Below, piece after piece: positions 1-10,322 of a DNA stretch of 64,000 bases. Under the pieces are notes generated by a model that worked only from the letters and a program-made list of their open reading frames with translations, had not been told where the DNA came from and did not search any database. This DNA comes from Rhodoferax sp. (GTDB lineage: Bacteria; Pseudomonadota; Gammaproteobacteria; Burkholderiales; Burkholderiaceae_C): positions 19,031 to 83,030 of the forward strand of contig JAUSNJ010000162.1 of assembly GCA_030645355.1 (NCBI GenBank). The letters run 5' to 3'. Numbering within the stretch: the stretch's first letter is position 1; every line of letters begins with the position of its first letter. Made by a program: the position numbers and the translations under genes.

Positions 1-1366
1 GCGCATGCATGGTCGGGGCAAAGTGCGGGTCGTTGTGCAGTAGTGCGGCCTGCCCCGCCACGTAGACCGCATCAAACCGGGCGTCGGGGCTGGAGAAAAC
101 CAGGGCGTCGAGCACGTGGTCTGCGGGGATGCCCAACAGCGCGGGTGACTGCGCATCGAGCACGCAGAAGTCGGCGCGCCGGCCCACTGCGAGACCGCCC
201 AGCGCCTGGCCGCTGGCCGCATGGCCGCCACCCAGGGCCGCTTCGAACAGCGCGGCGGCGCTGCTGTTCTGGCCCATCAACTCGGCCGCCCGATTGCGCT
301 TGCGCTGGGTCAGACGCTGGCCATACTCCAGCAGGCGCAGCTCTTCACTCCAGCGGCGGGTGACGTGGCTGTCCGAGCCTATGGTCCAGCTGCCATGCAC
401 CTTGGCATAGCCCGGCAGATCAAATACCCCGTCGCCCAGATTGGCCTCGGTGGCCGGACAGATGACGATGGACGCACTGCGCGCCTGCACACCCCACAAT
501 TCGTCCGGCGTGATGTGCGTGGCATGCACCAGGTTCCAGCGCGCATCCACATCGGCATGGTTGAGCAGCCATTCGATGGGGCGCTGGCCGGTGTGGACCA
601 GACAGTCGTCCACCTCCTGCGTCTGTTCGGCAATGTGGATATGCACGGGCAGATTGGCGCTGTGCGCGTAGGCCGCCAACTCCTTCAACGCGGGCGGGCT
701 GACCGCGCGCAGCGAGTGGATGGCCACACCGACGTTGATGCGTGCGTCACCCGCCGCGTGGCGCTGCACGTCTTCGACAATGCGCGCAATGCTGTCGGGC
801 GTGGACGCGAAGCGGCGCTGGTCGTGGCGCAGGCCGCTCTCCGAGAAGCCGGCGCGCATGTACAGCGTGGGCAGCAGCGTCAGGCCCATGCCGGTGCGCT
901 GGGCTGCGCGCACCAGCGCCAGCGACATCTCGGCCGCTTTGGCATAGGGCGAGCCGGCAATGGCGTTGTGCAGGTAGTGGAACTCGCAGACCTGGGTGTA
1001 GCCGCCGGCCAGCAGTTCGGCATAGAGCTGGCTGGCGATGGTTTCCAGCTGCTCGGGCGTGATGCAGTTGGCGGCCGCGTACATGCGGTCGCGCCAGCTC
1101 CAGAAGTCGTCTGCGATTGCCGCGCCCGTGCTGCGCCGCTCGGTCAGGCCGACGATGGCGCGCTGGAAGGCATGGCTGTGGGCATTGACCACGCCGGGCA
1201 GCACCGGGCCACCCAGGCGCGTTGCGCCCGCCTGTTGCTGCGCCGAGGCGTTGGGTTGGATCTGGCTCCACCTGCCGTCAGCTGCGACGCCCAGCAGCAC
1301 GTCATAGGCCCAGGCACCGGCGACCCAGGCCTGCGGTGCGAAGAATTGCTTTGCTTCACTTTTCAT
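1..1366 (-). CDS. hutF: formimidoylglutamate deiminase (3' end runs off the window)
   Basis: Manual translation from ATG 1366 (AGGAGG upstream): MKSEAKQFFAPQAWVAGAWAYDVLL...PGVVNAHSHAFQRA...VCEFHYLH, amidohydrolase HxH motif; hut context. Not in the ORF track because it is open at the window edge. Confidence 0.92.
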   Translation of the reverse strand, partial: MKSEAKQFFAPQAWVAGAWAYDVLLGVAADGRWSQIQPNASAQQQAGATRLGGPVLPGVVNAHSHAFQRAIVGLTERRSTGAAIADDFWSWRDRMYAAANCITPEQLETIASQLYAELLAGGYTQVCEFHYLHNAIAGSPYAKAAEMSLALVRAAQRTGMGLTLLPTLYMRAGFSESGLRHDQRRFASTPDSIARIVEDVQRHAAGDARINVGVAIHSLRAVSPPALKELAAYAHSANLPVHIHIAEQTQEVDDCLVHTGQRPIEWLLNHADVDARWNLVHATHITPDELWGVQARSASIVICPATEANLGDGVFDLPGYAKVHGSWTIGSDSHVTRRWSEELRLLEYGQRLTQRKRNRAAELMGQNSSAAALFEAALGGGHAASGQALGGLAVGRRADFCVLDAQSPALLGIPADHVLDALVFSSPDARFDAVYVAGQAALLHNDPHFAPTMHA

Positions 1367-1408
1367 AGCGCCTCCTGCTTATTTCTAGAGGGCTAGCGAC
1401 CATTTTCT
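1352..1408 (-). repeat. fixed-spacing dispersed repeat, copy 1 (hutG end / hutF RBS and start)
   Basis: AAAATGGTCGCTAGCCCTCTAGAAATAAGCAGGAGGCGCTATGAAAAGTGAAGCA. Confidence 0.7.
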
Positions 1409-2165
1409 TCAACAATGGCTGGACCAGCGTAGCCCGCGCTTCATCGTATGCAAAGGGTGCAACCTCCTGCATGTACAGGCTCTGGCACATCTCCAGCTGG
1501 ATAGCATGGATGTGCTGATCCGGCTGGCCATAGTGGCGGGTGATATAGCCGCCCTTGAAGCGGCCGTTCACCGCCGTGCTGAACTGCGGGTAGGCAGCGC
1601 AGGCTTGCACGACACCGGCCGTCAGTGCTTCGTCGGCACTGGTGCCGCTGGCCGTGCCAATGTTCAGGTCGGGCAGGCGGCCGTCAAACAGCCAGGGGAT
1701 CTCGGAGCGGATACTGTGCGCGTCCCACAGCAGCGCGTAGCCATGCTGGGCCTTGAGGCGGGCCAGCTCGGCGGCAAGGGCCGCATGGTAGGGCTGCCAG
1801 TAGACATCGCGGCGCCGGGCGCGTTCCGCCGCATCCGGCGCCTGCCCACTCCGATACAGCGGCTCGCCGGTGAAGAAGCGCGTGGGGCACAGCTCGGTGT
1901 TGGACGCGCCGGGGTACATGGGTGCATCGTCCGGCGGGCGGTTCAGGTCGATGACATAGCGCGACGTGGTGGGCATCAGCACGCTGGCGCCCAGTTCACC
2001 CAGAAAGTTGTAGAGCCGCGCCAGGTGCCAGTCGGTGTCTTCGACCTGCAGTGCGCGTGGCACATAGTGCGCGCGCAGGTCGGCGGGAATGTCGGTGCCG
2101 ATGTGCGGCATGCTGACCAGCAGGGGCGCTGTGCCCGGCTGCAGGGTGCAGATCGTGTTAGTCAC
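1356..2165 (-). CDS. hutG: N-formylglutamate amidohydrolase
   Basis: PLLVSMPH, DTDWH, SRYVIDLNRP, LWDAHSI, NGRFKGGYITRHYG motifs; hut context. Confidence 0.93.
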   Translation of the reverse strand: MTNTICTLQPGTAPLLVSMPHIGTDIPADLRAHYVPRALQVEDTDWHLARLYNFLGELGASVLMPTTSRYVIDLNRPPDDAPMYPGASNTELCPTRFFTGEPLYRSGQAPDAAERARRRDVYWQPYHAALAAELARLKAQHGYALLWDAHSIRSEIPWLFDGRLPDLNIGTASGTSADEALTAGVVQACAAYPQFSTAVNGRFKGGYITRHYGQPDQHIHAIQLEMCQSLYMQEVAPFAYDEARATLVQPLLKKMVASPLEISRRRYEK

Positions 2166-2230
2166 TGGATAACCTCCGTGCTACGCACTGCGGTGCGCGC
2201 TTGCTTGGGGCGGCCCGGCGCGGCGCTCAT
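2162..2230 (-). other. 69-nt mini-ORF ([22 protein letters not shown]) linking the hutI stop to the hutG start
   Basis: Its ATG overlaps the hutI TGA (ATGA), its TGA overlaps the hutG GTG (GTGA), and it contains GGAGG 7 nt before the hutG start. Confidence 0.6.
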
Positions 2231-3441
2231 ACCACGTGGCCCTTGAAGATGGTTTGCAATCGCGGGTTGCTGCCCAGCGCATAGGCCAGCTCGGCCGGCT
2301 GCTGCACGCCCCACAGCACAAAGTCGGCGCGCTTGCCCGCCGCCAGCACGCCGCGGTCCGGCAGGCCCAGCGCAGCGGCGGCGTGGCGGGTAACACCGGC
2401 CAGCGCCTCCTCAGGTGTCAGGCGAAACAGCGTGCAGGCCATGTTGAGCATCAGTAAGAGCGAGGTGCAGGGCGAGCTGCCCGGGTTGCTGTCGGTGGAA
2501 ATGGCCATGGGCACACCGTGCGCGCGCAGCAGGGCGATAGGTGGTAATTTGGTTTCGCGCAGAAAGTAGAAGGCGCCGGGCAGCAGTACCGCGACGCTTC
2601 CTGCTGCTGCCATGGCTTGCGCGCCTTCGACGGACAGCCACTCCAGATGGTCACAGCTCAGCGCCTGGTAGCGTGCCGCCAGCTGCGCACCGCCGCTGTC
2701 GCTGAGTTGCTCGGCATGCAGCTTGACCGGCAGGCCCAGGGCTTGCGCCGCTGCAAACACCCGTTCCATCTGCGCGGTGCTGAAGGCAATGCGCTCGCAA
2801 AAACCATCCACCGCATCGACCAGGCCCTCGGCGTGCAGGATGGACAGCATCTGCAGAACAGCGTCCACGTAGTCGTCCGTGCGCCCGGCAAACTCCGGCG
2901 GCACGGCGTGGGCGCCCAGGAAGGTGGTGCGCACGTCCACGGCGTGCGTCTGGCCCAGGGCGCGGGCCACTTGCAGGCACTTGCGCTCGTGTTCCAGCGC
3001 CAGGCCGTAGCCGGACTTGATTTCGATGGTGGTCACGCCCTCGCCCACCAGTTGCTGCAGACGCCGGCTGCTGGCGGCTTGCAAGGTTTGCGCGCTGGCG
3101 GCACGGGTGGCCTGCACGGTGGAGGCGATGCCGCCGCCGGAGCGGGCGATCTCCTCGTAGCTGGCACCGTTCAGGCGCAGCTCGAATTCGTTCGAACGGT
3201 CACCGCCGTAGACCAGATGCGTGTGGCAGTCGATCAGGCCGGGGGTGATAAGGGCGTCCCCGGCGTCATGCTGCACCGTGCAGCGTGCCAGCAGGTCAGT
3301 GGGCACATCGGCGCGCAGGCCGACCCAGGCCAGGGTCTCGCCATCCACCACCAATGCGGCGTCTTCGACCAGGCCATACGCTTGCCCCGTGCCCGGCGCC
3401 ATGGTAGCGGCACGGCAGTGGGTCCACAAATGCAGACTCAT
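2227..3441 (-). CDS. hutI: imidazolonepropionase
   Basis: [42 protein letters not shown] motifs; ATGA overlap with the hutD stop supports start 3441. Confidence 0.95.
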   Translation of the reverse strand: MSLHLWTHCRAATMAPGTGQAYGLVEDAALVVDGETLAWVGLRADVPTDLLARCTVQHDAGDALITPGLIDCHTHLVYGGDRSNEFELRLNGASYEEIARSGGGIASTVQATRAASAQTLQAASSRRLQQLVGEGVTTIEIKSGYGLALEHERKCLQVARALGQTHAVDVRTTFLGAHAVPPEFAGRTDDYVDAVLQMLSILHAEGLVDAVDGFCERIAFSTAQMERVFAAAQALGLPVKLHAEQLSDSGGAQLAARYQALSCDHLEWLSVEGAQAMAAAGSVAVLLPGAFYFLRETKLPPIALLRAHGVPMAISTDSNPGSSPCTSLLLMLNMACTLFRLTPEEALAGVTRHAAAALGLPDRGVLAAGKRADFVLWGVQQPAELAYALGSNPRLQTIFKGHVV

Positions 3442-4025
3442 GCCGACACCTCCATCCACAGCGCGTTAGGCGCGTGGATCTCCACGGTGGCGGATTTGCG
3501 CAGCGTCCGCCAGACCAGCGTGGCCGGGGGTACGTACAAATCCTCTGCATTAAATCGCACGCTAGCCTTGGTATCTATTGCATATATAGCTATTGTTTTT
3601 GTAGCACTGACGACAGTAGACAAGTCTCCGCGCACCCGCTGCATACGGGCCGGCAGGCCGCTGTCACGCACCATCAGGTTGAAGTCTTGCGTGGGTCCGC
3701 TGATCAGTTGGCAATCGGTCGCAGCGCTGCCGTCAAAACACAGGGGCGCGTCGGCCATGGTCAGGCGGTGTTCGCAGGACCCGAGTTCGTCATCGTCGGA
3801 CGGAGTACGCACATTCAGCACCACGCCCGCGCCCGCTAGCACGGCAAACCAGCGCGTGATGCCGTCAAAGCGCGAGAACGGACCGCTGCTCCCCACCTCG
3901 GCCACCGACATGCGCCAGTGCCATTCACCCTGCGCGGGCCAGGCGGCCAGCTCACGGGTCACGCCGCCACCGTTGCGCCACGGAGTCGCCTGCACATCGG
4001 CCAGATGAACAACATTCCAGCTCAT
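3438..4025 (-). CDS. hutD: HutD/Ves-family protein
   Basis: [33 protein letters not shown] motifs; directly downstream of hutC. Confidence 0.88.
   Translation of the reverse strand: MSWNVVHLADVQATPWRNGGGVTRELAAWPAQGEWHWRMSVAEVGSSGPFSRFDGITRWFAVLAGAGVVLNVRTPSDDDELGSCEHRLTMADAPLCFDGSAATDCQLISGPTQDFNLMVRDSGLPARMQRVRGDLSTVVSATKTIAIYAIDTKASVRFNAEDLYVPPATLVWRTLRKSATVEIHAPNALWMEVSA
3552..3606 (+). repeat. fixed-spacing dispersed repeat, copy 2 (in frame inside hutD)
   Basis: AAATCGCACGCTAGCCTTGGTATCTATTGCATATATAGCTATTGTTTTTGTAGCA; AT-rich island in a GC-rich gene. Confidence 0.7.
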
Positions 4026-4032
4026 AGCCACC

Positions 4033-4731
4033 TCATGCCTGAAACTTCCCCGCAAAACTGTAGCGCGAGCCGGGGTAGACCAGTCGCACCACACTGGCCA
4101 CCTGCGTGCCGCTGACAGTGCGCCGCACCATGGCGAGACAGGCCTCACGCGTCGGAATGTCCAGCTGCAGCGCCTGCTCAGGCGTGGGCAGGCAAGCCTC
4201 AATCGAATAGCTGGCTTCGGTCAGCGGCGCCTCCGTCAGCAAGTGGTGGGTGGGCGTGGTCTGGGTGAAGTCGGTCTTCAAATAGTCGGGGGCGGCCGCG
4301 GGGTTGACGTAGCGGTCCTCGTACTGGATGGGCACGCCGTTTTCCAGATGGACCAGCACCGTGTGGAACACCTTGGCACCGGTGCGCAGGCCCAATGACT
4401 GCGCCAGCTCGGCACCGGCCTTCTCTGCCTGGCTCAGCAGCACGCGGGCAGTGTGCACATGGCCACGCTCCACCACCTCTTCCTGGATGTCGCGAATGGT
4501 CAGGTTGGACGCAATGCGGTGCAGCTCGGCGACGAAGGTGCCCGACCCCTGCACGCGGGTCACCATGCCCTCGGCGGTGAGCTCACGCAAGGCGCGGTTG
4601 ACCGTCATGCGGCTGATGCCGAACTGCTGCATCAGCGTGGCCTCGCTGGGCACCGGGTCGCCCGGGCGCCACTCGCCGGAGCTGATGTGCTGCTGGATGA
4701 AGGTCTTGACCTGGAGGTAGGCAGGTTGCAT
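4033..4731 (-). CDS. hutC: histidine utilisation repressor (GntR/HutC with UTRA domain)
   Basis: PSEATLMQQFGISRMTVNRAL...GSGTFV winged HTH; QYEDRYVNP in the UTRA domain. Confidence 0.93.
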   Translation of the reverse strand: MQPAYLQVKTFIQQHISSGEWRPGDPVPSEATLMQQFGISRMTVNRALRELTAEGMVTRVQGSGTFVAELHRIASNLTIRDIQEEVVERGHVHTARVLLSQAEKAGAELAQSLGLRTGAKVFHTVLVHLENGVPIQYEDRYVNPAAAPDYLKTDFTQTTPTHHLLTEAPLTEASYSIEACLPTPEQALQLDIPTREACLAMVRRTVSGTQVASVVRLVYPGSRYSFAGKFQA

Positions 4732-4806
4732 CAATCGAGGTCTTTCCAAAGTGGCGATGGAATACAGGCAGTTGGATTGTCGGTAGTTTACCCCTGTTGA
4801 CACAAG

Positions 4807-4818
4807 TTGTATAGACAA
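4807..4818. promoter_or_regulatory. HutC operator
   Basis: TTGTATAGACAA imperfect palindrome of the TGTA-N2-TACA type between divergent hutC and hutU. Confidence 0.75.
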
Positions 4819-4858
4819 GTAATAATTCGCCACCCAAATATCTTTCAGGAGCCCACCC

Positions 4859-6561
<1,703 letters not shown>

Positions 6562-6565
<4 letters not shown>

Positions 6566-8100
6566 ATATCCAACCCGGCCACCTGACCCTGGCGCAACTG
6601 CGCCAATTGCACACCCACATCACCCCGCTAACGCTGGACGCCGCAGCCCGGCCCGGCATCCGCGCCAGTGCCGAGCTGGTGCACCAGGCCGCCGAGGGCG
6701 GCGCCGCCGTCTATGGCGTCAACACCGGCTTTGGCAAGCTGGCGAATCAACGCATCGCCAAGGCCGATCTGGAAACCCTGCAGCTCAACCTGCTGCGCTC
6801 ACACGCGGTGGGCGTGGGCGAGCCCCTGGCCGAGCCGGTGGTGCGGCTGATTCTGCTGATGAAGGCGGCCAGTCTGGCACGTGGCTACTCGGGCATTCGC
6901 GAACTGGTCATCGACCGGCTGTTTGCGTTCTACAACCTCGGCATCACGCCGGTCATTCCGTGCCAGGGTTCGGTCGGCGCATCGGGCGACTTGGCCCCGC
7001 TGGCCCATTTGTGCCTGCCGCTGATTGGCGAAGGTGAGGTGTTCTACGGCAACAAGCGCATGCCCGCCGCCAAGGCCCTGCAGATGGCCCACCTGGAGCC
7101 GATCAAGCTGTCGGCCAAGGAAGGTCTGGCGCTGATCAACGGCACGCAAGTGTCAACGGCACTGGCGATTGACGCGCTGTTCGCCACCGAGCGCCTGTTT
7201 GAAGCCGCGGTGATTTCCGGCGCCGTCACGCTGGACGCCGCCCGCGGCAGCGATGGCCCCTTTGACCCCCGCATCCACGCCGTGCGTGGCCAGCCCGGCC
7301 AGATCGCTTGCGCGGCTGCCTACCGGGCACTTGCGGTGGGCAGCGCCATCCGCAAGTCGCATCTGGAAGGCGACGACCGCGTGCAGGACCCGTATTGCCT
7401 GCGCTGCCAGCCCCAGGTCATGGGCGCCTGCCTGGACCAGATGCGCTATGCCGCCGATGTGCTGCTGCGGGAAGCCAATGCCGTCACCGACAACCCGCTG
7501 GTGTTTGCCGATACCGGCACGCTGCTCTCCGGCGGAAATTTCCACGCGGAACCTGTTGCATTGGCTGCCGACGCATTGGCCGTGGTGATTGCCGAGATCG
7601 GCGCCATCACCGAGCGGCGCATTGCGATGCTGGTGGACACCGTGGTGTCGCGTCTGCCTGCCTTCCTGACGCCGGAGCCGGGGCTGAACTCCGGCTTCAT
7701 GATCGTGCACGTGACCGCCGCCGCGCTGGCCTCGGAGAACAAGTCACTGGCCCACCCGGCCAGTGTGGACAGCTTGCCCACCAGCGCCAACCAGGAGGAC
7801 CATGTGAGCATGGCCACCTTTGCCGCGCGGCGCCTGCAGCAGATGCTGCGCAACACCGAGTACATCGTGGCCATCGAGTTGCTGGCGGCGGCCCAGGGCA
7901 TAGAGTTCCTGCGCCCACTGAAGAGCTCGGGTGTACTCGAGGGCATCCTGCAATTGATCCGCTCGGTATCGCCCGCGATGATGGTGGACCGCAGCCTGGC
8001 GCCCGACATGGAGCTGGTACGCGCGCTGATCACGCAGGGTCGCATTGGCCTGGCAGGCGAGGCACAGATCCACGAGCTGAGCGCCCTTAGGCTGCAATAG
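6562..8100 (+). CDS. hutH: histidine ammonia-lyase
   Basis: [20 protein letters not shown] (MIO-forming ASG), NQEDHVSM; ATGA overlap with hutU. Confidence 0.96.
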
Positions 8101-8207
8101 GCGCACCGTCGCGGTGCATCTCGGCGTACTATCCGGTCTCACCCCAACCGGAGTCCTACCGTGAAGATGCTTGCGACGCTTGCGCCCGACGCGGCCCCCC
8201 GGGGCGC

Positions 8208-8954
8208 ATGAGAAAGCTGGTGATTGGTGGCCTGTTGCTCAGCGCAGTGGGAGTCGCCCAGTGTGAGGAAGTCATACTTCTCAGCTACTACGAGCGGGCT
8301 CCCTACGCGGTGCGGCAGGCCAATGGGGACGTCACCGGCCTGACGGCCGACCCGGCCGCTGCCGCCTTTCAAAAGGCCGGTATTCCTTTTCAGTGGCAGG
8401 CCATCCCGGCCAGGCGCCAGCTGGTCAACATTGAACGCGCAAACACACTGGAGTGCGGCGTGGGGTGGTACAAAACTGCCGACCGTGCCAGTGTGGGCAA
8501 GTTCACTGAGCCTATCTACCGTGACAAGCCCACCGTCGCCGTGGCACGACTCAATTTCAATCCCCCGGAGAAATCCCTGGCGGCGATGGCTGCCAACCCC
8601 TCGGTGCGTATTTTGATGAAGAACGGACTCACCTATGGCCGCAATGTGCCAGGCATCATGGCGACCGCCAAGGCCCATGTACAGGTGGTTACCGGCGATC
8701 AAAGTGCGTTGGCCCGCATGGTGGCGGCAGATCGTGCGGACTTCGTGCTTTCCCCTTACGAAGAGGCCTCGACCCTGATCGCCAGCGTCGGGAAAGAAGT
8801 CCAGCGTTTGAAAATACTGCATTTTGACGATGTGGTCGCCGGAGATACCCGCCACCTGTGGTGCAGCAAACAGGTCAGCGATGTCACCATCGCCAGGCTC
8901 AATCAAGCCATCGCACACAACGTCAAGTCCGGGAAATTGACAGGCACACGGTAG
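8208..8954 (+). CDS. periplasmic solute-binding protein (family 3-like), orphan
   Basis: Signal peptide, YYERAPY N-terminal motif, RADF motif; no permease adjacent. Confidence 0.7.
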   Translation: MRKLVIGGLLLSAVGVAQCEEVILLSYYERAPYAVRQANGDVTGLTADPAAAAFQKAGIPFQWQAIPARRQLVNIERANTLECGVGWYKTADRASVGKFTEPIYRDKPTVAVARLNFNPPEKSLAAMAANPSVRILMKNGLTYGRNVPGIMATAKAHVQVVTGDQSALARMVAADRADFVLSPYEEASTLIASVGKEVQRLKILHFDDVVAGDTRHLWCSKQVSDVTIARLNQAIAHNVKSGKLTGTR

Positions 8955-8984
8955 TATTCGGCGTTACACCGAATCCACCTATTC

Positions 8985-10043
8985 ATGCGCAAGACATCGT
9001 TAGCCCAGGGCAACACACCCGCCAGTGAATCCACCGACCGCAAACGGCTGCAGATGGCAGACATCGCCCGCTTGGGCGGCGTGTCGGTCGCCACCGTATC
9101 GCGGGCACTGAGCGGCAGCACGCTGGTCAACGCCGAGACCCGCGAACGCATCCAGCAGCTGGCGCAGTCGCTGAACTACTCCATCAACCTGGGCGCGCAA
9201 AACCTGCGCCTGCAAAAGAACCTGACCGTGGGGGTGGTGGTGCCCTATGACGCGCAGTCGCGCCAGCACATTTCGGACCCCTTCTTCCTGTCCATCATCG
9301 GCAGCATCGCCGATGCGCTGACCGACCACGGCTACGACATGCTGCTGTCGCGCGTGGACTCGGAGCGCCTGGACGCGGCCTCGCAGCTGTATGACTCGGG
9401 CAAGGTCATTGGCGTCATCATCATTGGCCAGTGGCGCCACCATGACCAGCTCAACCAGCTGGCCGCGCGCAATATGCCCCTGGTGGTGTGGGGCGGCGAG
9501 CTGCCCCAGCAGCTGTATTGCAGCGTGGGGGGCGACAACCGCAACGGCGGGGAACAGGCGACGGCCCATCTGCTGCGTGCGGGTCGCCAGCGCATTGCCT
9601 TTCTGGGGGATGCCGCGCTGCCCGAGGTCTGGTTGCGGCGCGAAGGCTACTTGCGCGCCCACGCGGCGGTAGGGCTCACACCATCCCCCGAACTGGAGAT
9701 TGCAGTTCCGTTTGAGCCCGATGCGGCGCACCCCATTCTGGAGCGCCTGTGCGCCAGCGGCGTGGCGTTTGACGGCGTGGTGGCCTGCAGCGACCTGCTG
9801 GCCATCCACATGGTGCAGGCCCTGCGCGCACGCGGGCGTTCGGTGCCGGGCGATGTGGGCGTGGTCGGCTATGACGACATGCCGCTGGCGGCTTTTTGTG
9901 AACCCACCCTCACCACCGTCCACCAGCCAGTGCTGGAAGCGGGGGCCGAGCTGGTCGCAGCCCTGCTGCAACTGCTCAATGGCGTGCGCGCCCTGCCACG
10001 CACCCTGCCCGTTCACATCGTGGTGCGCGCCAGCGCACCTTGA
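8985..10043 (+). CDS. LacI-family transcriptional regulator
   Basis: MADIARLGGVSVATVSRAL HTH; VPGDVGVVGYDD...LTTVHQP C-terminus; exact start uncertain. Confidence 0.93.
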   Translation: MRKTSLAQGNTPASESTDRKRLQMADIARLGGVSVATVSRALSGSTLVNAETRERIQQLAQSLNYSINLGAQNLRLQKNLTVGVVVPYDAQSRQHISDPFFLSIIGSIADALTDHGYDMLLSRVDSERLDAASQLYDSGKVIGVIIIGQWRHHDQLNQLAARNMPLVVWGGELPQQLYCSVGGDNRNGGEQATAHLLRAGRQRIAFLGDAALPEVWLRREGYLRAHAAVGLTPSPELEIAVPFEPDAAHPILERLCASGVAFDGVVACSDLLAIHMVQALRARGRSVPGDVGVVGYDDMPLAAFCEPTLTTVHQPVLEAGAELVAALLQLLNGVRALPRTLPVHIVVRASAP

Positions 10044-10176
10044 GGTGCCTTCGCTGCCCGCGGCACAGTCGGCAGAAGGCAAACGATTGCAATAGCAGCG
10101 TTGATTCGCATCAAATTTTCCGACCGCTTAACGCTTTTTTATATATAAACTTCAAAATATTACGGGTTTACACCTA

Positions 10177-10194
10177 ATTGCAATCGATTGCAAT
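10177..10194. promoter_or_regulatory. LacI-family operator, with weaker copies at 10079-10090 and 10210-10224
   Basis: Perfect 18-bp palindrome ATTGCAATCGATTGCAAT with central CG; related GCAAACGATTGC and TTCAAGCGATTGGAA nearby. Confidence 0.8.
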
Positions 10195-10322
10195 GAACTT
10201 AATATTCGTTTCAAGCGATTGGAACGGTCTCGGCCGGACGGGTCGCTTGCCCTCACCACATGCTTCATTCAAAACAAACGGGTCGCTGACGCCAACCGCT
10301 TCAGCCGTCAACAGGAGACTTT

